In this document: piece after piece, positions 51,327-59,316 of the stretch
Position numbering within the stretch: position 1 is the stretch's first letter
Layout of the letters: each line of letters starts with the position of its first letter
Virus record (IMG/VR): IMGVR_UViG_3300027747_002957
Source: an uncultured virus (IMG/VR IMGVR_UViG_3300027747_002957)
Lineage: Duplodnaviria > Heunggongvirae > Uroviricota > Caudoviricetes
Reading direction: 5' to 3' (one strand)
DNA: 64,000 nt
The notes under the pieces: generated by a model
The model's database searches: none
What the model saw: only the letters and a program-made list of their open reading frames with translations
Told to the model about the DNA's origin: nothing
Program-made: the position numbers and the translations under genes

Positions 51327-51672
51327 GACGCAGATCCGAAGCAAGCTGGAAGCTTTCACCGCAGCCACAGGCATTGACTGCCATGGGATTCTGCCAGACC
51401 AGCTGCGTCTCGAACTGCGTCTGGCTGAGATCAAGCACGCTGCCCACCAGTCCCAGTACGCTTAGGCTGTCTATGACCAACCTACCGCCGGGCCAGTCGA
51501 TGACTTCGTCAAATCTGCCACGCTGGTCCCAGTCGCAGAGATCATACTGATACTTGTGTCCGCTGCAGCCTCGATCATTGATGCTGACCCGCAGATGCTT
51601 GCCTGTGTTGTTGGCCAGTATGGTAGCGATGTGCTGCTTGGCAGCGTCAGTGACTTCAACCACCGATCTCAT
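51316..51672 (-). CDS. iscA: A-type Fe-S cluster carrier (HesB/IscA family)
   Basis: VTDAA...LRVSI...GCSG.KY and CGCGESF motifs. Confidence 0.9.
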   Translation of the reverse strand: MRSVVEVTDAAKQHIATILANNTGKHLRVSINDRGCSGHKYQYDLCDWDQRGRFDEVIDWPGGRLVIDSLSVLGLVGSVLDLSQTQFETQLVWQNPMAVNACGCGESFQLASDLRHGS

Positions 51673-51674
51673 GT

Positions 51675-52019
51675 TCATCCCTCGCTGAGCTTGTGGAATA
51701 TGATGGCCTGCTCTAGCTGATCCCAGAAACCGGGCCAACGCTCAAGCATCTCATCCACGGGTATTTCCACATACTTATTAGTGATCTTGCGCTTCTCCAG
51801 GCCGTGCATGCTGCCCTTGTTGTAGTAAGAATGGGTTTTGACTGTGATGGTCTTGCCAACCACTGCCCAGAACGCATAAGACACATGAGGTCCGCGATAG
51901 TCGCCGCTGTAGGGATTTTTTGGTGACTCTTGCTGATGTGGCAGTATCCATCCCCAGACCTTGTCCATGGGCTCATAGTGGCAGAGAAACTTGATGGGGT
52001 ACTTGTCCTGGATGCTCAT
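51675..52019 (-). CDS. Hypothetical protein
   Basis: ATG 6 nt after TATAAT; DKVWG motif. Confidence 0.6.
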   Translation of the reverse strand: MSIQDKYPIKFLCHYEPMDKVWGWILPHQQESPKNPYSGDYRGPHVSYAFWAVVGKTITVKTHSYYNKGSMHGLEKRKITNKYVEIPVDEMLERWPGFWDQLEQAIIFHKLSEG

Positions 52020-52025
52020 GTGCTG

Positions 52026-52054
52026 ATTATACAGCAGTACCCAGACTACGTCTA
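52026..52054 (-). promoter_or_regulatory. Sigma70-type promoter TAGACG-N17-TATAAT
   Basis: Perfect -10 element and correct spacing. Confidence 0.6.
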
Positions 52055-52056
52055 GA

Positions 52057-52500
52057 TCAGCCCTGATATGCGTTGAGGCTGGTGCGCAGCTTCCAACGGT
52101 TCTTAGCATGCTGGTCCAAGCGCTCGGCAATGTAGTTCATGATGGCTTGGTTGTTTTCTGACTCAGCGATAGCAAACAGCTTGTTGAGGAACATGATCAT
52201 GCGTTCGTTGTCCTGCAGCAGTCGCTCCAGGTAGCCCTTGGCATCCATGACGCCGTCAAAGTCATCGATCACGCTCATCTTCTGGTAAGCAGCTAAGCTG
52301 GCGGGGGCAAAGTGGTCAAGCTCGCGTATCTTCTCAGCAATGGCATCTGTCTGCTCTTGTAAGTCAGTGTATTGCTCTTCAAACAGAGCATGCAGGCTCT
52401 GGAAGAACATGCCCGTGACGTTCCAATGCGCACCGTGTGTCTTGAGATACAGTGTGAAGTTTGAGGCGAGGAACACCTTCATGCCGTCTACGAGATTCAT
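52057..52500 (-). CDS. dps: Dps family DNA-protection mini-ferritin
   Basis: LYLKTHGAHWNVTG.FF.SLH.LFEEQY...DAIAEKIR...H.K.RW ferroxidase signature. Confidence 0.92.
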   Translation of the reverse strand: MNLVDGMKVFLASNFTLYLKTHGAHWNVTGMFFQSLHALFEEQYTDLQEQTDAIAEKIRELDHFAPASLAAYQKMSVIDDFDGVMDAKGYLERLLQDNERMIMFLNKLFAIAESENNQAIMNYIAERLDQHAKNRWKLRTSLNAYQG

Positions 52501-52502
52501 TT

Positions 52503-53108
52503 TCAAGCTCCGTGATGTGGGTATTTAGCCTGCAGCTTCATCAGTGCTGCTCGATCGGGCATGATCTCCAGCAACATCACATGGTTCATCACCAGCCTGG
52601 CTAGGTCGTCCCTGAGCTGTGCATCCTTGAGCATGTCTGGGCCCTGGGCATAGGTGCTGGCATTTCCCATGGGAGGTATCACACAGCCAAGGCTGTTCAT
52701 GAACTGGTCCAAGTTACCCCAGATGTGCTGCACACCATCTTCAGCACCACTGACCAAGCAGCCAAAGGTCTTGCCCATGAATGGATAGACATGGCTGGTG
52801 ATGCTCCATTGATCTATGCCATCCAAGCGCTCAACCAGTGCCTGTGTGAGGCTGCTGTGGTTGTTCCACCATATGGGCGTGGCAAACAGTATGGTATCGG
52901 CCCTGAGCAGCTGCTTGATCACCGCAGTCATACCATCTTCCTCACCGTTGGCTGTGTACTCCGTGCCCGGAGTGTAATCCACGTCTGTGAGCTTGATGAT
53001 CTCTGCGTGGTGGCCTTGTGATCGAATCTCAGCCACGGTCATGTCGCACAGTTGACTGGTGTTGCCGCCCTGTGACTTCAGTGTTCCGTCTACCAATAGG
53101 AATTTCAT
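52503..53108 (-). CDS. Flavodoxin-like NAD(P)H-dependent FMN reductase family protein
   Basis: GNTSQL...ADTILFATPIWW...LVERLD...GKTFGCLVSG.EDG. Confidence 0.8.
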   Translation of the reverse strand: MKFLLVDGTLKSQGGNTSQLCDMTVAEIRSQGHHAEIIKLTDVDYTPGTEYTANGEEDGMTAVIKQLLRADTILFATPIWWNNHSSLTQALVERLDGIDQWSITSHVYPFMGKTFGCLVSGAEDGVQHIWGNLDQFMNSLGCVIPPMGNASTYAQGPDMLKDAQLRDDLARLVMNHVMLLEIMPDRAALMKLQAKYPHHGA

Positions 53109-53147
53109 AGCGATATTTAGCACATGATCTGACCAACGATCAGCCAC

Positions 53148-53173
53148 AAAAAAGCGCCGGATCTCTCCGGCGC
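53148..53173 (-). terminator. Intrinsic terminator
   Basis: GCGCCGGA-GAGA-TCCGGCGC followed by TTTTTT on the minus strand. Confidence 0.8.
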
Positions 53174-53231
53174 CCTCCTCAATCCGTGTACCACCCTTAT
53201 CGTGGCTTTGGCGTCACGGAGAACACCTGTC

Positions 53232-54062
53232 TCAGTCGTCAGTGCCGGGTGCGCCCTTGCAGGCAGCTTTCTTGGCATCTGCGGTCTTCTTGAGATCCAC
53301 CGGCCAAACCGCTGTGGCAGGCTTGGTCTTGTCAGTGCCCTGTGGTACAGGGAAGCTGATGCCCGTGGCTGCTTCTATGGTAGCTATGCTGACCAAGTGC
53401 CTGGGAAGATCGATTTCCTGCTTGTCAACCTGTGGGAACGTGAATGCCAGCACCTGGTGCGTGCTGTCGTCTATGACGATCTTGTAGAGGAAGTCTGGTA
53501 CTACCACGCCGCTGCCGATGGTCTTGCTCTTGCCCACCGTGTAGATGTTGCCAGCGTATACCGTGAGGCTGTGGCCATTGCCATAGGCCCAGGCACGCAC
53601 GTCGCTTTCCAGTGCCTTCCAAATGCCACGGTTGAGATTGGGCAGCTGTGGGCTCATGTTTGACATCAGGAATGATTCGAACTCTACCTGCGTGTCCCAG
53701 CTCATGTCACCGTCCGGAGCCAAGTGTCCCTGATCGTAGCCTGAACCTGCGTAGTCACTGGGCTTGGCGCTGTTGGCACCAAGGATGCTGTCAGACACGA
53801 AGGCATTGGTGCGAGGCACGCAGCCAATGGCATGCGCTGGTGTTAGCGTGTAGGCCACCCAGGCCGCTATCTTGGCTGAGTTGTCATGCTGCAGGGCATA
53901 GCCGCTGTGGCATTCTAGCACAGTGTTAGGCTTCTCAAGCACTGGCACGCCATAGGGTACCTGTGCTGCGCACACCGTGATCGGTTGGTTTGGTTTCTGG
54001 TCCCAGGCAAATGCTGCTGTTGGGATCACGAGAAGCAGCAAGGCTGCTAATAGCTTCTTCAT
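53232..54062 (-). CDS. DNA/RNA non-specific endonuclease (NucA/EndoG family) with signal peptide
   Basis: GYDQGHLAP, MSNMSPQLPNLNRGIWKALE and VVPDFLYKIV motifs; N-terminal MKKLLAALLLLVIPTAAFA. Confidence 0.88.
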   Translation of the reverse strand: MKKLLAALLLLVIPTAAFAWDQKPNQPITVCAAQVPYGVPVLEKPNTVLECHSGYALQHDNSAKIAAWVAYTLTPAHAIGCVPRTNAFVSDSILGANSAKPSDYAGSGYDQGHLAPDGDMSWDTQVEFESFLMSNMSPQLPNLNRGIWKALESDVRAWAYGNGHSLTVYAGNIYTVGKSKTIGSGVVVPDFLYKIVIDDSTHQVLAFTFPQVDKQEIDLPRHLVSIATIEAATGISFPVPQGTDKTKPATAVWPVDLKKTADAKKAACKGAPGTDD

Positions 54063-54104
54063 GTGATGTTTCCCTGTTTGGTATACATCACTATTTATTT
54101 GGTC

Positions 54105-54332
54105 TCAGGGCACGTAGTAACAAGTTAATTCCATGCCCAGGGCGTTGGTCACCCAGAATCCTGGCTTGCCTGGCAGGCGATTCATCTGTATCTTGTTCTT
54201 GGCTATGATCACAGTGATGCTCTTGCCATCATGGCTGACCTTGTCTAGTGTGGCATCAACCACGGCGTCATTGCGAGTGTTCTTGACCTTGATGCTGCGT
54301 TGACCGAGGTCGCGTGTGGAAATCTCTGGCAT
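54105..54332 (-). CDS. Hypothetical protein
   Basis: RBS AGGAGG. Confidence 0.6.
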   Translation of the reverse strand: MPEISTRDLGQRSIKVKNTRNDAVVDATLDKVSHDGKSITVIIAKNKIQMNRLPGKPGFWVTNALGMELTCYYVP

Positions 54333-54343
54333 TTACAATCCTC

Positions 54344-54571
54344 CTAGGTGAGCAGTCCGATGATGTAGATTATGGTCAGCACCGTGTTCATCACTATTAA
54401 GCTCTTTTCGCGCCAAAGCACGCCGATCAACACCCAGAGCAGGTTGCTGAACAAGAAACCGTAGATGAACCACGGATAGAGATTCCTGCTGGCAGCCACA
54501 GCGCTGGCTATCAGCACAGCGCTGGCAAACCAGGCCAAGCGTTGATAGGGTTTGATCTGCACTGTGGTCAT
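54344..54571 (-). CDS. Small three-helix membrane protein
   Basis: RBS AGGAGG, ATGA overlap, hydrophobic segments. Confidence 0.6.
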   Translation of the reverse strand: MTTVQIKPYQRLAWFASAVLIASAVAASRNLYPWFIYGFLFSNLLWVLIGVLWREKSLIVMNTVLTIIYIIGLLT

Positions 54572-54858
54572 CCAAACCTCCTTTGGAACTGCAGGGCCTT
54601 GACAGGATCCATGAACAGCACCGCACCACTGGGATGAGTGATGTGTGCGTTGGGAGCATGCGTCTGCAGCCAATCCAGCAGCACGGGTCTCTCCACGGTC
54701 TTGTGGTCAAAGGCCACGGCATGCTGCCAGCCCTGATCATACCACACGTCATGCACAGCTACCTGACCATCACAGAGGAACCTGTGTGCGATCCAGCCTC
54801 GGGGCCGGGGCACCCACTTGCTTTCAAATATCTCAGAGCCAAAGATCCTAACCTTCAT
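54568..54858 (-). CDS. Hypothetical protein
   Basis: Overlap-coupled in the operon. Confidence 0.55.
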   Translation of the reverse strand: MKVRIFGSEIFESKWVPRPRGWIAHRFLCDGQVAVHDVWYDQGWQHAVAFDHKTVERPVLLDWLQTHAPNAHITHPSGAVLFMDPVKALQFQRRFG

Positions 54859-55207
54859 GGTGTGATAACCTCACCATGGTCTGATACTGCTGCCAGACTT
54901 CCTTGACGGCAGGATTGTGCTCACGCATGACGTGTTCTCGACCCCAGCTGGTCAGTCCAGCCCAACCCGCAAGTCCGCCATTGCTGTGCCACAGTTCCCA
55001 GGCTTCAGGCAGATACTGCTCATACCATTCGGGTTCATTGTCTAGACTCATGCTGAAGAAAGCATTGCCTTCCAGCATGGCCAGCGTTTCTGCTATGGGG
55101 CGCAGCAACATCTTTTCTTCTACCGTGAAATCCCTGCGGGGATTCTCTGGCAGATCTATCTCGTAGACAATGTGCACGCCAGGATCTCTGTTCACGAAGC
55201 TGCTCAT
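54848..55207 (-). CDS. Hypothetical protein
   Basis: ATGA overlap with a 40-aa upstream ORF. Confidence 0.6.
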   Translation of the reverse strand: MSSFVNRDPGVHIVYEIDLPENPRRDFTVEEKMLLRPIAETLAMLEGNAFFSMSLDNEPEWYEQYLPEAWELWHSNGGLAGWAGLTSWGREHVMREHNPAVKEVWQQYQTMVRLSHHEG

Positions 55208-55326
55208 CTCTTGACCACCAAAAATGCCACCACTGTGACCAATCCCACCGCAGTGATGGCGCATACCAAGGTCAGTCCCAGGCTTAGGTCGTAGGCAGCT
55301 TCTATGATCGCACCCATGGTGGTCAT
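55204..55326 (-). CDS. Small membrane peptide (40 aa; not in ORF track)
   Basis: MTTMGAIIEAAYDLSLGLTLVCAITAVGLVTVVAFLVVKR; overlaps both neighbours. Confidence 0.55.
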   Translation of the reverse strand: MTTMGAIIEAAYDLSLGLTLVCAITAVGLVTVVAFLVVKR

Positions 55327-55559
55327 TTACATACCTGCTTGCCCGTGCGATCCATGCGAGGCGTGAGCGATCCTCGATGGAGATACTGGCAGCCAGTGAG
55401 ACTGTCGGTGAACACGTTCATGTGGCTGTTGTAGCCAACGGCATCGCTGTCATCCTGAGGTTGGTAGGGCTGCAGGGCTTGATAGAGTATGGCACCCCAT
55501 AGCAGTGCCATCAGCACTGCGAACGTCTTGCCCCAGGTGATGTGCTTGCGCATGCTCAA
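55323..55559 (-). CDS. Small membrane-anchored protein
   Basis: N-terminal TM helix; TDSLTGCQYL...LTPRMD..GKQVC motif. Confidence 0.6.
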   Translation of the reverse strand: MSMRKHITWGKTFAVLMALLWGAILYQALQPYQPQDDSDAVGYNSHMNVFTDSLTGCQYLHRGSLTPRMDRTGKQVCK

Positions 55560-55969
55560 CCTCTCCGGCTCTTGCTGCCCACCATTGTCATGTCAGTGTC
55601 GTCGGTAGCGTACTGATAGCCACCCTTGTTGAACAGTGGCATGCAGCGGCTGGCCTTGTCCAGGATCTGCTGCTGCACTTCCTTGCTTTCCTTGTGCAGG
55701 TTAGCCAGCACGCCCTGCTTGAATCCGTTGCCGATACCGTTGCTGAGCTGGTACTTGCTCTCGACCTTGTAGTTGGGCAGTTCTATCTTGGCCTTGCCTG
55801 TGAATGCACGCTTGAGCTCGCGCTGCTCTGGATGCAGCCCCTGCTTCTTGAGCCATGCTTCATGCTTGGCAGTGGCTTCTCTGAGGCTGGCTGTGTTGGG
55901 CAGCTTGCGCTTCTTCTTGCCGCCGTAGCGTGTGGTAGTGAGATAGGGTCCCACAAGGCTCATGGTCAT
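55556..55969 (-). CDS. Basic hypothetical protein
   Basis: PLFNKGGYQY C-terminal motif; operon context. Confidence 0.65.
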   Translation of the reverse strand: MTMSLVGPYLTTTRYGGKKKRKLPNTASLREATAKHEAWLKKQGLHPEQRELKRAFTGKAKIELPNYKVESKYQLSNGIGNGFKQGVLANLHKESKEVQQQILDKASRCMPLFNKGGYQYATDDTDMTMVGSKSRRG

Positions 55970-56163
55970 TATGCTAGGCCCTCGAAATAACGGATGTCAG
56001 CTTCTGTGGTGTAGGGATCTCCAACCTCAGCTACCAGCTGCTTCCACAGATAGCGGATCTTGGTGTAGAAGTCAGCAGCGAGATCATGATCACCTGCGTC
56101 CATGGCCAGCGCATAGTTGCTTTCCATGTGGTCTAGTGCTGTGCGGATCTGGTCTACGGTCAT
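55969..56163 (-). CDS. Hypothetical protein
   Basis: RBS AGGAG. Confidence 0.55.
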   Translation of the reverse strand: MTVDQIRTALDHMESNYALAMDAGDHDLAADFYTKIRYLWKQLVAEVGDPYTTEADIRYFEGLA

Positions 56164-56172
56164 CGTTGGCTC

Positions 56173-56238
56173 CTAGCGCTCGCTCACATAAGGAATCTGA
56201 TAGTCGTCGTCTGTTACAGTGTATGTTACAGTGTCCAT
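56173..56238 (-). CDS. Putative 21-aa acidic peptide
   Basis: RBS GAGGAG right after an early promoter; MDTVTYTVTDDDYQIPYVSER. Confidence 0.45.
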   Translation of the reverse strand: MDTVTYTVTDDDYQIPYVSER

Positions 56239-56264
56239 GACTAGCTCCTCGTGCCTACCAATAC

Positions 56265-56292
56265 ACAATAGCACACCTAGCGCAGCTGTCAA
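56265..56292 (-). promoter_or_regulatory. Early promoter TTGACA-N13-TGC-TATTGT
   Basis: One of four copies with identical geometry. Confidence 0.75.
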
Positions 56293-57302
56293 CCATTCTT
56301 TAGCAGGAACTTGTTGCTGATGGCCTTGAAGCTGATCTCCGGATCTTCCATGCACTTGTAGACCAAGCCCTCGCGCTCAGTGGTGCCGCACAGCTGGCTC
56401 TTGCCCTCAGCCCACTGCAGCAGAGTGGGGACATCAGCATCCAGCTCGCTTGCATCGATCAGAGGCACGTGGTTGAGACCGAGATAGCCTATGAGCCGTT
56501 GGCGCTCCATGGCCGACCAATAGCGAGTGTCACTGATATCGTAGACATCGTAGACCCAGAACTGCTGCCCCTTGATACGGTAGGCATTGCCTTGGATGCC
56601 TTCGCCGATCAGCTCACCCTGGATGGCGATGGCCTTGCCCAGATCGCGCAGCTTGCTTTCTAGATCATTCGCTCGGGCAGCACGCCACAGGCTGTTGTCA
56701 TCGGTCTCGGCAAGATCCCAGTTGCGTCCACACACTCCGAATTGTCCATCGCGCTCCAAGAACACTGTCATGCTGGTACCATCCAGCTTCTCAGTGACCT
56801 CCCAGTGGTAACCACGTGATTTCCAATCATCCAGTTTGCCACTGAGATTCTGGATGCGCTCCTGATCTGTCTTGGGGATGCTGCCGGGGAAGTTGCCTTT
56901 GACCTGTCCACCCAGCTGTGCAGGGATTGGAGGTTCCCACTTTTGGATACCAAGGATGCCAGTAACATCCCAACCTTCAATAGCATCCCACGTAGTATCA
57001 ATCTGAATACAAGTCAAAGGCAACAGCAATCCTTGGCTAATTTGCCCACGCAATTTTACAGTGCGAAGACGTTCACCTTTCACACCGTTGTATTCACGAG
57101 GTTCAGAACCTTTCGACAAGAACGGAGCAAGTTCATGCGGTACCCAAGAATCGATCTCAAGGTACACAGCAAGATCGCCTACTGCGAACTCACTTCGCTT
57201 AACTACAACTTTCCAACCGCCTACCACTGCGCATTCGATGGCATAAGCATCAGGGATTGGTTGGATAGCATCGATCCTACGTACAGTTGCTAGCTTGCGC
57301 AT
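56289..57302 (-). CDS. RNA ligase (DRB0094-like, Rnl2 superfamily)
   Basis: MRKLATVRRI, EIDSW, PKTDQERIQN, EKLDGTS, GELIG, REGLV and FKAISN motifs. Confidence 0.88.
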   Translation of the reverse strand: MRKLATVRRIDAIQPIPDAYAIECAVVGGWKVVVKRSEFAVGDLAVYLEIDSWVPHELAPFLSKGSEPREYNGVKGERLRTVKLRGQISQGLLLPLTCIQIDTTWDAIEGWDVTGILGIQKWEPPIPAQLGGQVKGNFPGSIPKTDQERIQNLSGKLDDWKSRGYHWEVTEKLDGTSMTVFLERDGQFGVCGRNWDLAETDDNSLWRAARANDLESKLRDLGKAIAIQGELIGEGIQGNAYRIKGQQFWVYDVYDISDTRYWSAMERQRLIGYLGLNHVPLIDASELDADVPTLLQWAEGKSQLCGTTEREGLVYKCMEDPEISFKAISNKFLLKNG

Positions 57303-57315
57303 GATCTTGTTCCTC

Positions 57316-57702
57316 TTACCAACTGGCCTGGTAGATCACTGTACGCCAATCGTCCTTGCTCTCGTTCTGTAGCCAGAACAGCGCCCTGGTCAGCACTGCT
57401 AGATCATGGTCGCGTTGCTCCGTGCTTTCTCGGCTGCTACCAAAGAAGAACCCAGAGGTCTGAGGCAGTTGATACTCGCGCACAGCTGACATGATGGCAA
57501 TCAGCGCATCCTGATCCAGCTCCACAGGTTCACAGTTATCGATGCCGTCCTTGGCATAGTTCTTGACGATGTAACCATGGAGATTGGGATGCTTGCGCCA
57601 GTATGCCAGCTCGTAGGTCTTGCTCTTGACCGCAAAGCCTTCTTCTGTCTCAGCATTGTCCCAGATGTGCCTACGACCTTCCAGAAACATGTCCAATCCC
57701 AT
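57316..57702 (-). CDS. Conserved phage hypothetical protein
   Basis: MGLDMF...YWRKHPNLHGY...GFFFG...YQASW; RBS GAGGAGG. Confidence 0.7.
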   Translation of the reverse strand: MGLDMFLEGRRHIWDNAETEEGFAVKSKTYELAYWRKHPNLHGYIVKNYAKDGIDNCEPVELDQDALIAIMSAVREYQLPQTSGFFFGSSRESTEQRDHDLAVLTRALFWLQNESKDDWRTVIYQASW

Positions 57703-57712
57703 GGGTTCCTCC

Positions 57713-58123
57713 TCAGTCTGCCAGCTTGTAGGGCTTGTTCCAACGGCCGATGTTGACATCCACGTACCAACCCACGTCAAAGTGATCAGTTTGGATGTCG
57801 CTGCGATCGTGGTTGCCATCGTTGAGCGCACCCATCACTTCCTGCAGGAATTGCTTGGCAGCACCATCGAAATGCTTGTCATAGTGATAGGGATTGACAT
57901 CCACGTAGTCCCGGCTGGGCTGCACTCCTTGGGCCACCTGGTAGGGATCACGGGCGCAGGTCTCGTTGCTGTTGCTGATGAAGTCGATCACACCATTGTG
58001 GATGTTCAAGACCAAGGTCATGTGATTGCGCACTGCCAAGGTGCCTTTGATGCCATAGCGCTTGAGGATGGGCTTGACCTTGGCAGCGATCTGGGCCTTG
58101 CGCTCCTGGTTGATGTATGCCAT
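57713..58123 (-). CDS. Conserved phage hypothetical protein
   Basis: DRSDIQTDHFDVGWYVDVNIGRWNKPY; RBS AAGGAG. Confidence 0.7.
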   Translation of the reverse strand: MAYINQERKAQIAAKVKPILKRYGIKGTLAVRNHMTLVLNIHNGVIDFISNSNETCARDPYQVAQGVQPSRDYVDVNPYHYDKHFDGAAKQFLQEVMGALNDGNHDRSDIQTDHFDVGWYVDVNIGRWNKPYKLAD

Positions 58124-58148
58124 GTGTGCTGCTCCTTGATTGTGTGTC

Positions 58149-58176
58149 AAACTAGCATGACTATGGGTGCTGTCAA
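58149..58176 (-). promoter_or_regulatory. Early promoter TTGACA-N13-TGC-TAGTTT
   Basis: Repeated motif. Confidence 0.7.
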
Positions 58177-58400
58177 TCTATGGCTGCTGGACCTACCACG
58201 TTCTTGCGTCGCCGCCCCCTGCGAATCAGCTGATCAGCATAGTTCCCCGGTGTGTCTTCGCCCTCGTAGGCATGCAGCAATCCCAGCGGTGTGGGCATTA
58301 TGCCTGTGCCTGCTAGGCAAGCAGTGAGCATGTGGGTCCAAGCTGCCAGCGTGGTGTTCTTGCGAGTGTGAACCGTGTTGCGCTTGATCTGTGAGTCCAT
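58173..58400 (-). CDS. Hypothetical protein
   Basis: RBS GAGGAG before ATG at 58400. Confidence 0.55.
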   Translation of the reverse strand: MDSQIKRNTVHTRKNTTLAAWTHMLTACLAGTGIMPTPLGLLHAYEGEDTPGNYADQLIRRGRRRKNVVGPAAID

Positions 58401-58410
58401 GTGCTGCTCC

Positions 58411-58497
58411 TCAGCGGTAGATGTAAAGGTTAAGCGCGACAGCAAGGGCAAGACCAACGCTAGTTCCTATCAGCATCGCTTGGATCACATCGCTCAT
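58411..58497 (-). CDS. Small membrane peptide (28 aa; not in ORF track)
   Basis: RBS GAGGAG; MSDVIQAMLIGTSVGLALAVALNLYIYR. Confidence 0.55.
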   Translation of the reverse strand: MSDVIQAMLIGTSVGLALAVALNLYIYR

Positions 58498-58521
58498 TGC
58501 CTGCTCCTCATTTCATATCTT

Positions 58522-58549
58522 ACAATAGCACGCTATAGCGAGTTGTCAA
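58522..58549 (-). promoter_or_regulatory. Early promoter TTGACA-N13-TGC-TATTGT
   Basis: Repeated motif. Confidence 0.75.
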
Positions 58550-58555
58550 CCACTT

Positions 58556-58807
58556 TCAGTCGCTGTTAACCAGTTGATCCGCAATCCTTTTTTCCAGCAT
58601 TTCCTGCCGTTCTAGGCGGTACTTGGCCTGATCCCAGCAGAGATTCAACAGGAACAGCACAGGCAGCGAGAAGCCCAGGATCGCGCTCCAGGGTTGGGGC
58701 AGCCAATAGAGGGTCAGGGCCCAGCTGGCTGTGCCCAGCACCACAGCCACTAGCCAGCCCACATTGGCAGCAAACATCTTGATCAGTCTCCAGTTGCGAG
58801 CGTCCAT
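58556..58807 (-). CDS. Small two-TM membrane protein
   Basis: RBS GAGGAG; two hydrophobic helices. Confidence 0.65.
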   Translation of the reverse strand: MDARNWRLIKMFAANVGWLVAVVLGTASWALTLYWLPQPWSAILGFSLPVLFLLNLCWDQAKYRLERQEMLEKRIADQLVNSD

Positions 58808-58842
58808 GCTCGGATCTCCTCTTGTTCTTGCGGATATAGTCT

Positions 58843-58870
58843 AGAATAGCACGAGCTAGAGGTCTGTCAA
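58843..58870 (-). promoter_or_regulatory. Early promoter TTGACA-N13-TGC-TATTCT
   Basis: Repeated motif, directly after a terminator. Confidence 0.75.
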
Positions 58871-58874
58871 CCAC

Positions 58875-58902
58875 AAAAAACCGCGCTGTTTTCACAGCGC
58901 GG
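58875..58902 (-). terminator. Intrinsic terminator
   Basis: CCGCGCTGT-GAAA-ACAGCGCGG followed by TTTTTT on the minus strand. Confidence 0.85.
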
Positions 58903-58931
58903 TGTTTACCAGCTGATCTGTTTCAAGCAGA

Positions 58932-59291
58932 TCAGTCCTTGGTTTTATTGGCCTTTGGTGGTTTTGGTTCTTTGTTGGCCTTTGCAGGCTTGTCTGCCTT
59001 GGGCACACGCGGTTTGCGCGGTGCCTTGGCTGTGACCACTGCTTCGACAGCTTCTGCGGCTTTCTCAACCGCTTCCACAGCTGCGTCATAGCGTGGGACC
59101 ATGCGATCCACAGCTTCAGCGACCTTGTCCTTGACCACGGCAGCTTCTGCCTTGGCTTCTTGTTCAATCTTTGAAACCGCAGCAGCCGCTGTGGTCTCTA
59201 CCTTGGCTGCCACGGCTTTGGCCTCTGCAACCACTGCTGTCTCGACCTTGGTCTCCACGACCCCGAACAGCGACTTTAACCATTTCAACAT
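58932..59291 (-). CDS. Ala/Lys-rich protein with amphipathic N-terminus and histone-H1-like basic tail
   Basis: MLKWLKSLFG...KAPRKPRVPKADKPAKANK; RBS AGGAGG. Confidence 0.65.
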   Translation of the reverse strand: MLKWLKSLFGVVETKVETAVVAEAKAVAAKVETTAAAAVSKIEQEAKAEAAVVKDKVAEAVDRMVPRYDAAVEAVEKAAEAVEAVVTAKAPRKPRVPKADKPAKANKEPKPPKANKTKD

Positions 59292-59316
59292 ATTTCTTGA
59301 TCCTCCTAGATCGTTG

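Noticed and set aside
53179..53222. Imperfect hairpin (TCCGTG...CACGGA) after the nuclease, possible tRNA or ncRNA
   Set aside because: Too short, with no cloverleaf or T-loop; probably 3' UTR structure.
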